NCBI GenBank assembly: GCA_038087875.1
Contig: JAXLNO010000220.1
Location: 51,569-71,568 of the forward strand
Reading direction: 5' to 3'
Source: Malacoraja senta
Lineage: Eukaryota
Length of the DNA: 20,000 nucleotides
This document shows positions 1 to 9,555 of this stretch, one piece after another. The notes beneath the pieces were generated by a model. The model was not told the DNA's origin. It saw only the letters and a program-made list of their open reading frames with translations, and ran no database searches. The position numbers were made by a program, and so were the translations under genes. Each line of letters starts with the position of its first letter. Within the stretch, counting starts at the first letter, position 1.

Positions 1-645
1 CTTCTCAACAAGTGGTAGTTGCCAGTTATAATTACTGAAAGCTTTCAGATGCAGGAGAAGTTATGGGAGCTGTGACTTTGAGTTGAACTTCTGTCCAAAC
101 TTCCAATTCACAGGAAAGCAAAACATGAAAATCGTAACTTTTGAATTAAACCAATTTACATCATTGAGGCGTCCATCAATATTCCAAGACCTATTTTCTA
201 CACACTTTGCATTTTGATCCTTTAGAATTCCTTAGTCTGCTCTGATGTCAAGAGTCTATCCATCATGGCTAAGCACTGACAGTTAAATAGTTTCCTTTGG
301 AGCAGATTTTCTTCCTAAATTACATGAAAAATGGCAGGTCTTATTGGAGGTTGACCTTCCTTCCATTATCATCATCTCCCATCAACAGTATTATTAACTC
401 GGGTCGTTGACTGATGGAGGTCTTGCACTGCCAAGTCAGGCAAACCAAAACATAGTCAACATTTTATGTCCGCTTAGTACATAACCCAACATAATAACCT
501 CAATGCACCTTGATAAATGCTTGTGTCAGCATATCAAAAACAAGGCATTTCAATGCACAACCAGAGGGATATATTCCTTAACTGGGTTTCATCTCAGTCC
601 ATTTCTCCAGCTCAAAGACACTGAAGCAAACGGAAAAATCTCCCT

Positions 646-867
646 AGATTAGCACAAAATACTAGAGTAATTCAGCGGGACAGGCAGCATCTCTGGATAG
701 GATGAATTGGTGATGTTTCGGGTCGAGACCCTTCTTCAGACTGAGTTTCGACCCGAAACGTCATCCATTCCTTCTATCCAGAGATGCTGCCTGTCCCGCC
801 GAGTTACTCCAGCATTTTGTGTCTATCTTCAGTTTAAACCAGCATCTGCAGTTCCTTCCTGCAACCT
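646..867. mobile_element. Penelope-derived inverted-repeat (hairpin) non-autonomous element with hammerhead-like core
   Basis: Arms ~651-727 and ~747-823 are reverse complements. CTGAAGA-AGGGTCTCGACCC-GAAAC lies on the minus strand at 712-739. Tail aaaccagcatctgcagttcc. Exact 13-bp direct repeat GAAAAATCTCCCT at 633-645 and 868-880. Confidence 0.85.
712..739 (-). ncRNA. Minimal hammerhead ribozyme-like motif (Penelope type)
   Basis: Minus strand reads CUGAAGA-A-GGGUC UC GACCC-GAAA-CAUC: both conserved boxes flank a stem II. The stem III palindrome ACGU has decayed to ACAU. Confidence 0.6.
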
Positions 868-1149
868 GAAAAATCTCCCTTCCTGACTCCTCACCTCAAC
901 TAATTCAGCATGGGTCAATAGTCCATGTCTGGAACTGTTGTGCAGCTAAGTCCCATAACACCAGCTAGCAAGGAAAGGCATTTTGAAAAAAGTGATATCT
1001 AGGTACTATGGGTAGTTATATAAAGTTAATGGCTGTTTGCTTTTTAGCCAAAATGATTTGTGATGCTTTCAGGGAATACCTTCTGTCATTTCGATCTTTG
1101 TCAAGTGCCATTCTTGTTGCCCTTTGTAAGGGCTGTGTAAGTAGCCAAG

Positions 1150-1470
1150 TGCACAGTGGCACAGCTGGTAGACATGCTTCCTCACAGTACCAGAGACCTT
1201 GGTTCCAACCCTGACCTTGAGTACCATCTGCTTGAAGTTAGCAAATTCTCACTGTGACTACATGGGTTTCCTCCGAGTCCTCTGGTCTCCTCCCACATCT
1301 CAAAGACATGCCGTTTGTAGGATAATTGGGCCTCTGTATAATTGCCTCTGTAAAATTAAGGAGTGGATGCAGAAGTGGGAATAACATAGAACTATTGTGA
1401 ACGGGTGATTGATAGTCGGCATGGACTCGGTGGGCTGAAGGGCATTTCCACGCTGCATCTAGTCATTCAA
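1150..1470 (+). mobile_element. tRNA-derived V-SINE (HE1-like), diverged
   Basis: A-box-like gtggcacagctggta, B-box-like ggttccaacc, V-domain-like gggtttcctcc..ctcccacatctcaaagac, and CR1-derived tail tgggctgaagggc. Confidence 0.8.
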
Positions 1471-1974
1471 CATGCTTAAAGGAAAAAGAAAAAAACTTCC
1501 CAAAGAACCGTTTAGTCTCCGTATTTTGATATCTTGATGAATATTGAAAATTAGAACATTTCTACTAACTGCTTACTTTAAAAACAAAATAGAACACACC
1601 CACTATAACAGGCTTGGTCCCAGCTTTTGACTCTCAAACCCACACAAGGGTAGAATTCTAAGAGATTTTGTTGGATTTCTTTGATGCACTGATGAAAATA
1701 AACCAAACTCATTCCCATACCATGTTGGGGGAGCCACCATTTATAGTTTAACTCAAAACCTGCTCAGCTCAGAGAAATCTGATAAACAATTTAACGAAGA
1801 GGTGGATTTGTTGAAGAGTCACCTTAAACCCAAAGCCAAGCCAAGGCCCATGCTTGAATCACCATTAATAACACCTAACAAACATAGCTAGGTATGTAGC
1901 TGAACTGTAATTACGGCAATAAATCCTCTCAGATGCAACAGGACAGATAAATGTGTGCAATCAATGAAGACTAA

Positions 1975-2199
1975 AGGGCCTGTCCCACTTGGGAGTCATT
2001 TGCGCCATGCAGGTGGCACCCGAATGTTTTGTGAATCCCCAAATCCTGGGGCGCCGCGCGCAACCGCGCATCACTGCCTACGCCACCACGCACCATGCGC
2101 GCGCGTAATGCATGCCATGCACGTGTCACATGCGCATCATGACACGCGCGTCGTGACGCGTAAATGACGCGCAAATGACGCCCAAGTGGGGCAGGCCCT
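1975..2199. mobile_element. PIF/Harbinger-type MITE
   Basis: 31-bp TIRs AGGGCCTGTCCCACTTGGGAGTCATTTGCGC (2 mismatches between ends). TAA TSD at 1972-1974 and 2200-2202. CpG-rich non-coding interior. Confidence 0.85.
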
Positions 2200-2221
2200 T
2201 AAGTTCAGAGGCTGTTGCTGT

Positions 2222-2606
2222 CATAGAAACATAGAAACATAGAAAATAGGTGCAGGAGTAGGCCATTCGGCCCTTCGAGCCTGCACCGCCATTCAATATG
2301 ATCATGGCTGATCATCCAACTCAGTATCCTGTACCTGCCTTCTCTCCATACCCCCTGATCCCTTTAGCCACAAGGGCCACATCTAACTCCCACTTAAATA
2401 TAACCAATGAACTGGCCTCAACTACCTTCTGTGGCAGAGAATTCCAGAGATTCACCACTCTCTGTGTGAAAAATGTTTTTCTCATCTCGGTCCTAAAAGA
2501 TTTCCCCCTTATCCTTAAACTGTGACCCCTTGTTCTGGACTTCCCCAACATCGGGAACAATCTTCCTGCATCTAGCCTGTCCAACCCCTTAAGAATGTTG
2601 TAAGTT
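2222..2606 (-). mobile_element. CR1 LINE 3' fragment
   Basis: ORF2 C-terminus (..RTRGHSLRI..FFTQRVVNLWNSLP..), 3' UTR GGCCGAATGGCC hairpin and (TTTCTATG)n tail. Confidence 0.95.
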
Positions 2607-3063
2607 CAGAGTTAATGTAATCTTTCAGAACACACAGAAAAACATCCAGGGAGTGGAATCAATAACTGTGAACCTGAAGGGCTTGCAAGTAAGGCCACCT
2701 GTTCCATGTATTGCATGAACGTGGAATAAATCTCAAAGCACACTATATTCTGAAGCATTCAAAGCATTGTTTTATAGAGATAAATGATGCTTATTTCCAC
2801 TGTCACATCATGAAAAAGTGTTCGGCAAAGCATAAAGTTAAGTATACAAAATTTGAATTAAAAGAAAATGTCTGAATTTTCCACCGTTGTCATTAGAAGA
2901 CTATCATGTAGAGGAAGTACCAACAATGTCATGTGGTTGATTTAACTGAAGTAGAACCATTCATTATAGTCAGGAAGATGAATGGCAATGTTACACACCA
3001 GTGAACCAGACAGTGTTCAGCTGGGTGGGGAGAGTGGCTGTGGTGTCAGAAAACACTTCAACA

Positions 3064-3386
3064 CTTTAGTTCAGTTTAGTTTAGAGAGACAGCGCAGAAA
3101 CAGGCCCTTTGGCCCACCGCGTCCGCACTGACCAGCGATCCCAGCACACAAACACTATCCAACACACACTAGGGACAGTCTACACTTACGCCAAGCCAAT
3201 TAGCCTACAAACCTGTACGTCTTTGGGGTGTGGGAGGAAACTGGAGATCTCGGAGAAAACCCACGCGGTCACGGGGAGAACGTACAAACTCCGTACATAC
3301 AGCACCCGTAAGTCGGGACCGAACCCGGGTATCAGGGGCTGCAAGCGCTGGAAGGCAGCAACTCTACCGCTGCGCCACCGTGCCGC
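3064..3386 (-). mobile_element. tRNA-derived V-SINE (HE1-like), near full length
   Basis: Minus strand begins gcggcacggtggcgcagcggtagag, B box ggttcggtcc, V-domain, CR1-like tail and (CTAAA)n end. Confidence 0.9.
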
Positions 3387-3394
3387 TTATTTTC

Positions 3395-3540
3395 CCCTTC
3401 ACTCCACCCCATTGTACTCGAGTTTGGCTTGGTTGTATTTATGCAGAGTATTATCTGATTTTGATTGGAATAGCATGCAAAACGGAGCTAATTTACAGTA
3501 CCTGGGCGCCTGTGACAATAAAAGCAAATCTAAACTTAAA
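3395..3540 (+). mobile_element. LINE 3' UTR fragment (Rex1/Babar-like)
   Basis: Ends in ..tgtgacaataaaa followed by short repeats (tctaaacttaaa), as in fish Rex1-like tails. Assigned from recall only. Confidence 0.5.
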
Positions 3541-3635
3541 AATGCACTGAAATCTAAAAACCCCGTACAGGTGAAAGCATTTGACCAGTTGGAGTGGTTG
3601 ATGTGACAGTGAAATATCAGATAGGGTAAAACAAT

Positions 3636-4013
3636 ACTTGTCCCTTCACCTCCCCCCTCGATTCCATTCAAGGACCCAAGCAGTCGTTCCAGGTGCGACA
3701 GAGGTTCACCTGCATCTCCTCCAACCTCATCTATTGCATCCGCTGCTCTATATGCCAGCTGATCTACATCGGTGAGACCAAGCGGAGGCTTGGCGATCGT
3801 TTCGCCGAACACCTCCGCTCGGTCCACAATAACCTACCTGACCTCCCGGTGGCTCAGCACTTCAACTCCCCCTCCCATTCCGTATCTGACCTCTCTGTCC
3901 TGGGTCTCCTCCATGGCCACAGCGAGCAACACCAGAAATTGGAGGAATTGCACCTCATATTGGGCAGTCTACATCCTGGGGGCATGAACATTGAATTCTC
4001 CCAATTCTGCTAG
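3636..4013 (+). pseudogene. Penelope GIY-YIG endonuclease domain (5'-truncated ORF remnant)
   Basis: TCPFTS..FTCISSNLIYCIRCSICQLIYIGETKRRLGDRFAEH..VAQHF..LE..GMN: LIY/YIG boxes, catalytic R, CxxC..H..H motif and terminal N. The frame is open upstream of the listed GTG start to ~3630. Confidence 0.9.
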
Positions 4014-4129
4014 CACTTGCTGTCCCCTCCCCTTCATCAGCCCTCTGGTTGTCTCCTCCCCTCCCCCAGCCCTCGGGCTCCTCCTCCGCCTTTTCCTTTT
4101 TTCCTTTCTTCTCCCCACCCCCTATCAGT

Positions 4130-4157
4130 CTGAAGAAGGGTTTCGGCCCGAAACGTT
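4130..4157 (+). ncRNA. Minimal hammerhead ribozyme-like motif (Penelope type)
   Basis: CUGAAGA-A-GGGUU UC GGCCC-GAAA-CGUU. Palindromic AACGUU stem III; cleavage triplet GUU. Confidence 0.65.
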
Positions 4158-4304
4158 GCCTATTTCCTTCGCTCCATAGATGCTGCTGCACCCGCTGAGT
4201 TTCTCCAGCATTTTTGTGTATCACAGGTATTGTTGCTAGCTCTGGCCAAACCTTTTAGGAAGAGGCAGACTGAAATAAATTCCCTTACATTGGAGAAACA
4301 TTCA

Positions 4305-5001
4305 CAACTTTCTCCACACAGAGGGTGACGGCTATATAGAATGAGATGCCAGATGCAATAGTTGAGGGTGGTATGAAAGGGCTCTTAGGGTCAACAGAGT
4401 CCAGGGATAGGGGGAGAAAGCAGGAACAGGGTACTAATTTTAGATGATTTAGAAGGATGAGAGGATTTCTTATAGAACCATATAAAATTCTTAAGGGATT
4501 GGACAGGCTAGAACCAGGAAAAATGTTCCCGATGATGGGGAAGTCCAGAACCAGGGGTCACAGTTTAAGAAGAAGAGGTAGGCCATTTTGGACTGAGATG
4601 AGGAAAAACATCTTCACCCAGAGAGTTGTGAATCTGTGGAAGTCTCTGCCACAGAAGGCAGTGGAGACCAATTCACTGGATGTTTTCAAGAGAGAGTTAG
4701 ATATAGCTCTTAGGGCTAACGGAATCAAGGGATTATGGGGGAAAAAGCAGGAACGGGGTACTGATTTTGGATGATCAGCCATGATCATATTGAATGGCGG
4801 TGCTGCTCGAAGGGCCGAATGGCCTACTCCTGCACCTATTTTCTATGTTTCTATAACAACATTTAAACTTCACTTGGCAGGTATATGTGGATAGGAAAGA
4901 ATTAAAAGTGATGTGGGTCAGGTGCAGGCAAATGGGACTAGGTTGGATGCTGCACCTTTGTCAGCATGTATGCATTTGACCAAAGAGCCTGGATTCATAC
5001 T
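4305..5001 (+). mobile_element. Old CR1 3' fragment (4305-4374 and 4853-5001) split by a younger CR1 insert
   Basis: ..cacacagagggtg..gttgagggtggtat | ataacaacatttaaa..ggataggaaag..aaatgggactag joins into one continuous degenerate CR1 3' end. Confidence 0.7.
4378..4853 (+). mobile_element. CR1 3' fragment preceded by an extra ~70-bp 3' piece
   Basis: ORF 4457-4774 matches the CR1 ORF2 C-terminus and carries a (TTTCTATG)n tail. 4378-4448 resembles 4706-4775. Confidence 0.92.
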
Positions 5002-5074
5002 AATTGACAGGCATCTCACGTAGAATATAATCCAACCTGGTAGATTCCCTGGATGGGCTGCACTCATTCTGCTA

Positions 5075-5376
5075 TTTTTATTTTTAGTTTAGTTGAGAGA
5101 TACAGCGGGGAACCAGGCCCTTTGGTCCACGCCGACCAGCGATCCCGCACACTCACGCTATCCTACACACACTGGGGACAATTTACAATTATACCAGCCA
5201 ATTAGCCTACAGACCTGTACGTCTGTGGAGTCCTGGGAGGAAACCGGAGAAAACCCATGCAGGTCACGGGGAGAACATACAAACTCCGCATGGACAAGCG
5301 GCCCGTATTGGCTGGATCAAACCCGGGTCTCTGGCGCTGTAAGGCAGCAACTTTACCACTGTGCCACCGTCCACCC
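5075..5376 (-). mobile_element. tRNA-derived V-SINE (HE1-like)
   Basis: Collinear with 3064-3386 (ccaattagcctaca.acctgtacgtct, ggtcacggggagaac, ggcagcaact.tacc.ctg.gccaccgt). Confidence 0.9.
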
Positions 5377-5559
5377 ATGGTGGATTAATAATCTAGGATT
5401 CACGGAGATTACAACTAACTGTTAACCTTGAAACAATATTTCATTCCTGGAACAGGGGAACCATTTTCAGAAACAAGCAGCAATTACGGAAAAAGGACGC
5501 GAGGCACACTTGGACTGAAAGCAAAAGCTTTTTTGATGTACTCTTCTTCAATGGGCTGA

Positions 5560-5652
5560 GGAGGGAGAGATAGATCAGCCATGATTGAATGGCGGAGTGG
5601 ACGTGATGGGCCGTAGGCCTAATTCTACTCCTATCACAAGATGTTATGAACT
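5560..5652 (+). mobile_element. CR1 3' UTR fragment
   Basis: gatcagccatgattgaatggcggag..gatgggccg..ggcctaattct.ctccta. Confidence 0.75.
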
Positions 5653-6165
5653 CAACAAGAGAGTTGATTTAAACTTGTGATGGCTCACTGTACAGTTCCG
5701 GTGCCGTCTTGTCTCAATGGATGCAGGGCTGGCAACATTGGGTGAGAGTTGAGAGTGAGAAATTGCAAGGGAGTGTAGCGACCGAGGGGGAGGGTGTGGG
5801 AGTGGGGTGTCCTCCCTCCCACGGTAGGGAGCTTTCGCATTTTTCAGCTTGAAATTGTACAATCTGGTGCATACTGTAGCGAGTCTTTTAACTTACACTT
5901 GAGTGCAACATTTATGCTTTAAATTGGATTAGGTATGAATAAGGTTAAGCTAAATTACATTCCTAATTACATTCCACAATAGAGCCAGGCTCTGATCAAC
6001 AGGTGCAGCACATGAATGACCTTAGTATATTCATGTATGGAAATCAGATTATAATTCATGCTGTTATGCATATATATATAGAGAGAAAAAAAGAGAAACA
6101 AGGCAAGAGTTGGACTTCCATCACTGTTCTGCACAAATAAATCAATCAACCTTACCCTTTGACTA

Positions 6166-6228
6166 TTGAATTGAATTGAATTAGACTTTATTAATCCCCT
6201 TATTCTGGGGAAATTCAGATGTCCAGAC
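6166..6228 (-). mobile_element. Short LINE 3' tail with (TTCAA)n end
   Basis: ttgaattgaattgaattagactttattaatcccc..ggggaaatt: microsatellite tail, AATAAA on the minus strand and a CCCC/GGGG hairpin. Confidence 0.45.
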
Positions 6229-6304
6229 TATAGAAACAAGACAAAAATAATGCCACATATTCAATTGTATATGGTTCAATGAAATTAAGATATATATGTA
6301 AAAC

Positions 6305-6502
6305 ATATATATGGAAACAGGCCCTTCAGCCCACCAAGTCCACACCGACCAGCAATCTATCATACACCAATTCCATCCTACACGCCGGGGAAAATTTACA
6401 GAAGCCAATTAACCTACAAACCTGCACTTCTTTCGGATATGGGAGAAACCGGAATATCCAGAGAAAAACCAGCAACTCTATCGCTGCGCCACCGTGCCAC
6501 CC
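6305..6502 (-). mobile_element. V-SINE with internal deletion
   Basis: Matches 3064-3386 but jumps from gagaaaaacc directly to agcaactcta, so the B-box region is lost. Confidence 0.85.
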
Positions 6503-6637
6503 CATTACATTCTATTTTTCTGTAATATATTTATTATGGTGTCACGTGAATAAAGATGATCACATGATTCTGATTTCTGCCCTTAGTTGGATAACGCACA
6601 TCTCCAGTCATTGTGTTTTATGGCTGGTTTTCAACCT

Positions 6638-6760
6638 CTTCAGTCTGAAACATCGACCCGAAACATCACCCATTCTTTCTCTCCAGAGATGCTGCCTGTC
6701 CTGCTGAGTTTTACTAGTTTGTAGTGTCTATCTTCAGTTTAAACCAGCATCTGCAGTTCC
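6638..6760 (+). mobile_element. Penelope pseudo-LTR fragment (continues at 7225-7233)
   Basis: cagtctgaa..tcgacccgaaacatcacc..gatgctgcctgtcc..aaaccagcatctgcagttcc | ttcctacac. The hammerhead core is partly deleted. Confidence 0.85.
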
Positions 6761-7224
6761 CGGGATGGCGGAACTGTCATATGCTGAGAGAATGGAGCAG
6801 CTGGGCTTGTACACTCTGGAGTTTAGAAGGATGAGAGGGGATCTCATTGAAACATATAAGAATGTTAAGGGCTTGGAAACGCTAGAGGCAGGAAACATGT
6901 TCCCGATGTTGGGGGAAGTCCAGAACCAGGGGCCACAGTTTAAGAATAAGGAGTAAGCCATTTAGAACGGAGACGAGGAAACACTTTTTCTCACAGAGAG
7001 TGGTGAGTCTGTGGAATTCTATGCCTCAGAGGGCAGTGGTGGTGGGTTCGCTGGATGCTTTCAAGAGAGAGCCAGATAGGGCTCTTAAAAATAGCGGAGT
7101 CAGGGGAGATGGGGAGAAGGCAGGATCGGGGTACTGATTGGGGATGATCAGCCATGATCACGTTGAATGGCGGTGCTGGCTCGAAGGGCCGAATGGCCTA
7201 CTCCTGCACCTATTGTCTATTGTC
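6761..7224 (+). mobile_element. CR1 3' fragment, (CTATTGT)n-tail subfamily
   Basis: [33 protein letters not shown] with frameshifts, 3' UTR hairpin and tail ctattgtctattgt. Confidence 0.95.
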
Positions 7225-7434
7225 TTCCTACACTCTTAGTTAAGCGAAACAGGTCCTATTCTCATAATATTATTCATCTCAAATAAATATTTTCTTCACC
7301 TCCGTTGCTGCAGAGAATACAATCCCAGTTATCAAATCTTTCTTCAAAGTGAAAAAAAAAATTCAAGCCCTGCCAACATCTTCATAAATTACCCCTGGAT
7401 CCTCTCCAGAGCAATTGCACCCTTTCTACAATGT

Positions 7435-7546
7435 GTCATAGTCTTACAGCATGGAAACAGGCCCTTCATCCCAACTTGTTCATGCAGATCAAGATGCCCC
7501 ATCTAAACTAGTCCCATTTATCCACATTTGGCCCATATCCCTTTAA
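7435..7546 (-). mobile_element. Older CR1 3' end (probably resumes at 8788-8883)
   Basis: catagtc.tacagcatggaaacaggccctt..ctagtccca..ttggcccatatccc; same family as 18351-18686. Confidence 0.75.
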
Positions 7547-8125
7547 CCTGGAGACCACACCTGGAGTATTGCGTACAGTTTTGGTCTCCTAATCTGAGGA
7601 AAGACATTCTTGCCATAGAGGGAGTACAGAGAAGGATCACCAAACTGATTCCTGGGATGGCAGGACTTTCATATGAAGAAAGACTGGATAGACTCGGCTT
7701 GTACTCGCTAGAATTTAGAAGAGTGAGGGGGGATCTTATAGAAACTTACAACATTCTTAAGGGGTTGGAGCAGGAAGATTAGATGCAGGAAGATTATTCC
7801 CGATGTTGGGGAAGTCCAGAACAAGGGGTCACAGTTTAAGGATAAAGGGGAAGTCTTTTAGGACCGAGATGAGAAAATCATTTTTCACACAGAGAGTGGT
7901 GAATCTGTGGAATTCTCTGCCACAGAAGGTAGTTGAGGCCAGTTCATTGGCTATATTTAAGAGGGAGTTAGATGTGGCCCTTGTGGCTAAAGGGATCAGG
8001 GGGTATGTAGAGAAGGCAGGTACAGGATACTGAGTTGGATGATTAGCCATGATCATATTGAATGGCGGTGCAGGCTCGAAGGGCCGAATGGCCTACTCCT
8101 GCACCTATTTTCTATGTTTCTATGT
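7547..8125 (+). mobile_element. CR1 3' fragment, young
   Basis: [17 protein letters not shown] nearly identical to the large ORF2, frameshifted at a local gcaggaagatt duplication (~7770-7795), with a (TTTCTATG)n tail. Confidence 0.96.
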
Positions 8126-8127
8126 AA

Positions 8128-8787
8128 CCTTGTGTGTGCCAGTGTGTGTGTGAGAGTTTGTCAGTGAAGCAACGACAACGTCCGGTGTGAGCAGAGACTT
8201 GGCGATGCCCCCCCCCCCCACTGGGAATGCGGGCCGGCCCAGGTGCTCTGTGTCCAGCTCTGGGTCCGGGGGAGGTGAGGGTCAGTGACCCGGGGGTCGG
8301 GCATCGGAGCGGAGCCTGAGCCCGAGATTCATCCCCGTGGCTCCGGAGGCGGCACCGACGCCCCATTCATCCGGTCCGCTCCTGGCTCCGGGCCGGGGTT
8401 AAAACTCCACGGGGTGTGGACAGAGCGAGCGGCTGACGGACACAGAGCCGCCGGAGGTGAGGGTGGCAGGTGTGAGCGGTGCCTCGGGGGGGGGGAGTGA
8501 GGTAGTTGTTGGGACCACCGCCGTATCTCACCTATCACACCGGCGCTGAACAACATCGCGGAGTCCTGGGGCCCTTTGCCGAGGGCCGCCAACGTTGCAT
8601 CTCCGCCCAGCGCGGCCAGCGGACCTTGGGAGCCGCGGACTCCGGTAGGAGGTGGCCGACTCGGATGACCAGGCCGCTGAGGAGGTCCCCCAGCCGCGAC
8701 GTCGGACTTACATCGGGCCGCCCGTATGTAAACTACTTCCCCCCCCCCCCCAAAATCATCCCACGGGCCGGTAGTTTGACAGCCCTG
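8128..8787. mobile_element. GC/CpG-rich non-autonomous hAT (Charlie-like) element, one end only
   Basis: Ends ..ccacgggccggtagtttgacagccctg (reverse complement CAGGGCTGTCAAACTACCGGCCCGTGGG), followed by CTTTAAAC. A partial ctttaa sits at 7541. No opposite TIR is visible. Confidence 0.6.
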
Positions 8788-8929
8788 CTTTAAACCAATG
8801 CCCTCTAGTTCTTGAATCACATATCACGGGAAATAGACTATGCATTCACCTTATGTCCCCCTCGTGGTTTTTACTCGCCTCTAAAACAATTTTTGCTTTA
8901 TTTTGAACTTCCAGCACCTGCAGATTTTT

Positions 8930-9020
8930 CAGCGTGACAAATTTGAGATCAGCGTGAGAGCGTGAGAATTTTGTGAAATGCATGACTCTCATGCTCAATG
9001 CGTGAGAGTTGGCAGCCCTG
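8930..9020. mobile_element. Unpaired transposon end, same family as 13612-13702
   Basis: GCGTGAGA repeats ending gagagttggcagccctg, collinear with 13612-13702. Confidence 0.75.
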
Positions 9021-9384
9021 CTAATGATTCAAACATTTTTATGCAAGTTCCAATTGTTTGGACAAAAATCACTTATTACTGCTATATAAGTTAAGTTACT
9101 TTAAGACCATTTCAGAAATTATGGCAGTCAACTAACAATCAACTAACAAATTAAAGCAAACTAAAAAAAAAATAACATGTTCCCTTTCCTGACTACCTCA
9201 TAAGTACTTTAACGCTGTTAACAGCGCAAAGGGATATTAATCTCAAGAATCAAAATGGGGAAAGTGAGGACAATTTTGCTTCAATGATAATTCTAAGCCC
9301 ATTCAGATCTGCATAGAGTCAGAGTTATACAACATGTACATGGCTGGCCCAATTTGTCCATACTGATCAAGTTGGCATTCTGCG

Positions 9385-9555
9385 TGCCCTGGGACTGGCT
9401 GCAGTTCCCAGATCAGCTCGCGTCCCAGGAACTGGCTGCAGTTCCCAGGTTGGCTCGCCTGCCCCGACCCCGCGAAAACGAATTGGAAAAAAAATACGCA
9501 GATTTTCGGGTTACGGGCCGGATTCGGCCCGTCTGCCGTAGGTTGCCGAACCCTG
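9385..9555. mobile_element. hAT-Charlie-like end fragment
   Basis: Reverse complement CAGGGTTCGGCAACCTACGGCAGACGGGCCGAATCCGGCCCG, followed by TCCTAGAT (CTAG-centred target). An 18-bp internal repeat lies at 9394-9411 and 9431-9448. Confidence 0.7.

Larger units (their letters stand above)
1600..3055 (+). pseudogene. Fossil Ty3/Gypsy LTR-retrotransposon gag (possibly reaching the protease), interrupted by a MITE and a CR1
   Basis: Manual translation gives collinear gag-like blocks: GLVPAFDSQTHTRVEF*EILLDFFDA (1611-1688), VGGATIYSLTQNLLSSEKSDKQFNEEVDLLKSHLKPK, YVAEL, CNYGNKSSQMQQDR*MCAINED, VQRLLL (2203-2220), VIFQNTQKNIQGVESITVNLKGLQ (~2617-2688), and a weak ESGCGV near 3030-3047. Stops and frameshifts are present. 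Support is weaker beyond 2700. Confidence 0.75.
3633..4221 (+). mobile_element. Penelope-like element (probably Neptune type), 5'-truncated: GIY-YIG endonuclease plus 3' pseudo-LTR
   Basis: GIY-YIG reading frame, then a pyrimidine-rich UTR, a hammerhead core at 4130-4157 and the tail gatgctgc..cccgctgagtttctccagcattttt shared with the hairpin elements. Confidence 0.92.

Noticed and set aside
2200..2611. TAAGTTCAGAG at 2200-2210 and 2601-2611 as a CR1 TSD
   Set aside because: The first copy is 11 bp away from the CR1 tail, and TAAGTT in the second fits CR1 sequence. The underlying gag frame rejoins without this duplication.
3041..3051. TGGTGTCAGAA as an LTR primer-binding site
   Set aside because: It lies downstream of gag with no LTR end before it, and is better explained as part of a decayed protease-like motif.
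3340..3386. tRNA genes at SINE heads
   Set aside because: tRNA-like A/B boxes run directly into SINE bodies and there is no complete cloverleaf.
3109..3606. 165-aa ORF and similar ORFs at 5093 and 6279
   Set aside because: They span V-SINE antisense sequence and have no protein features.
8112..8820. GC-rich ORFs as host genes
   Set aside because: Open in several frames because of high GC, low-complexity products and no recognisable domain.
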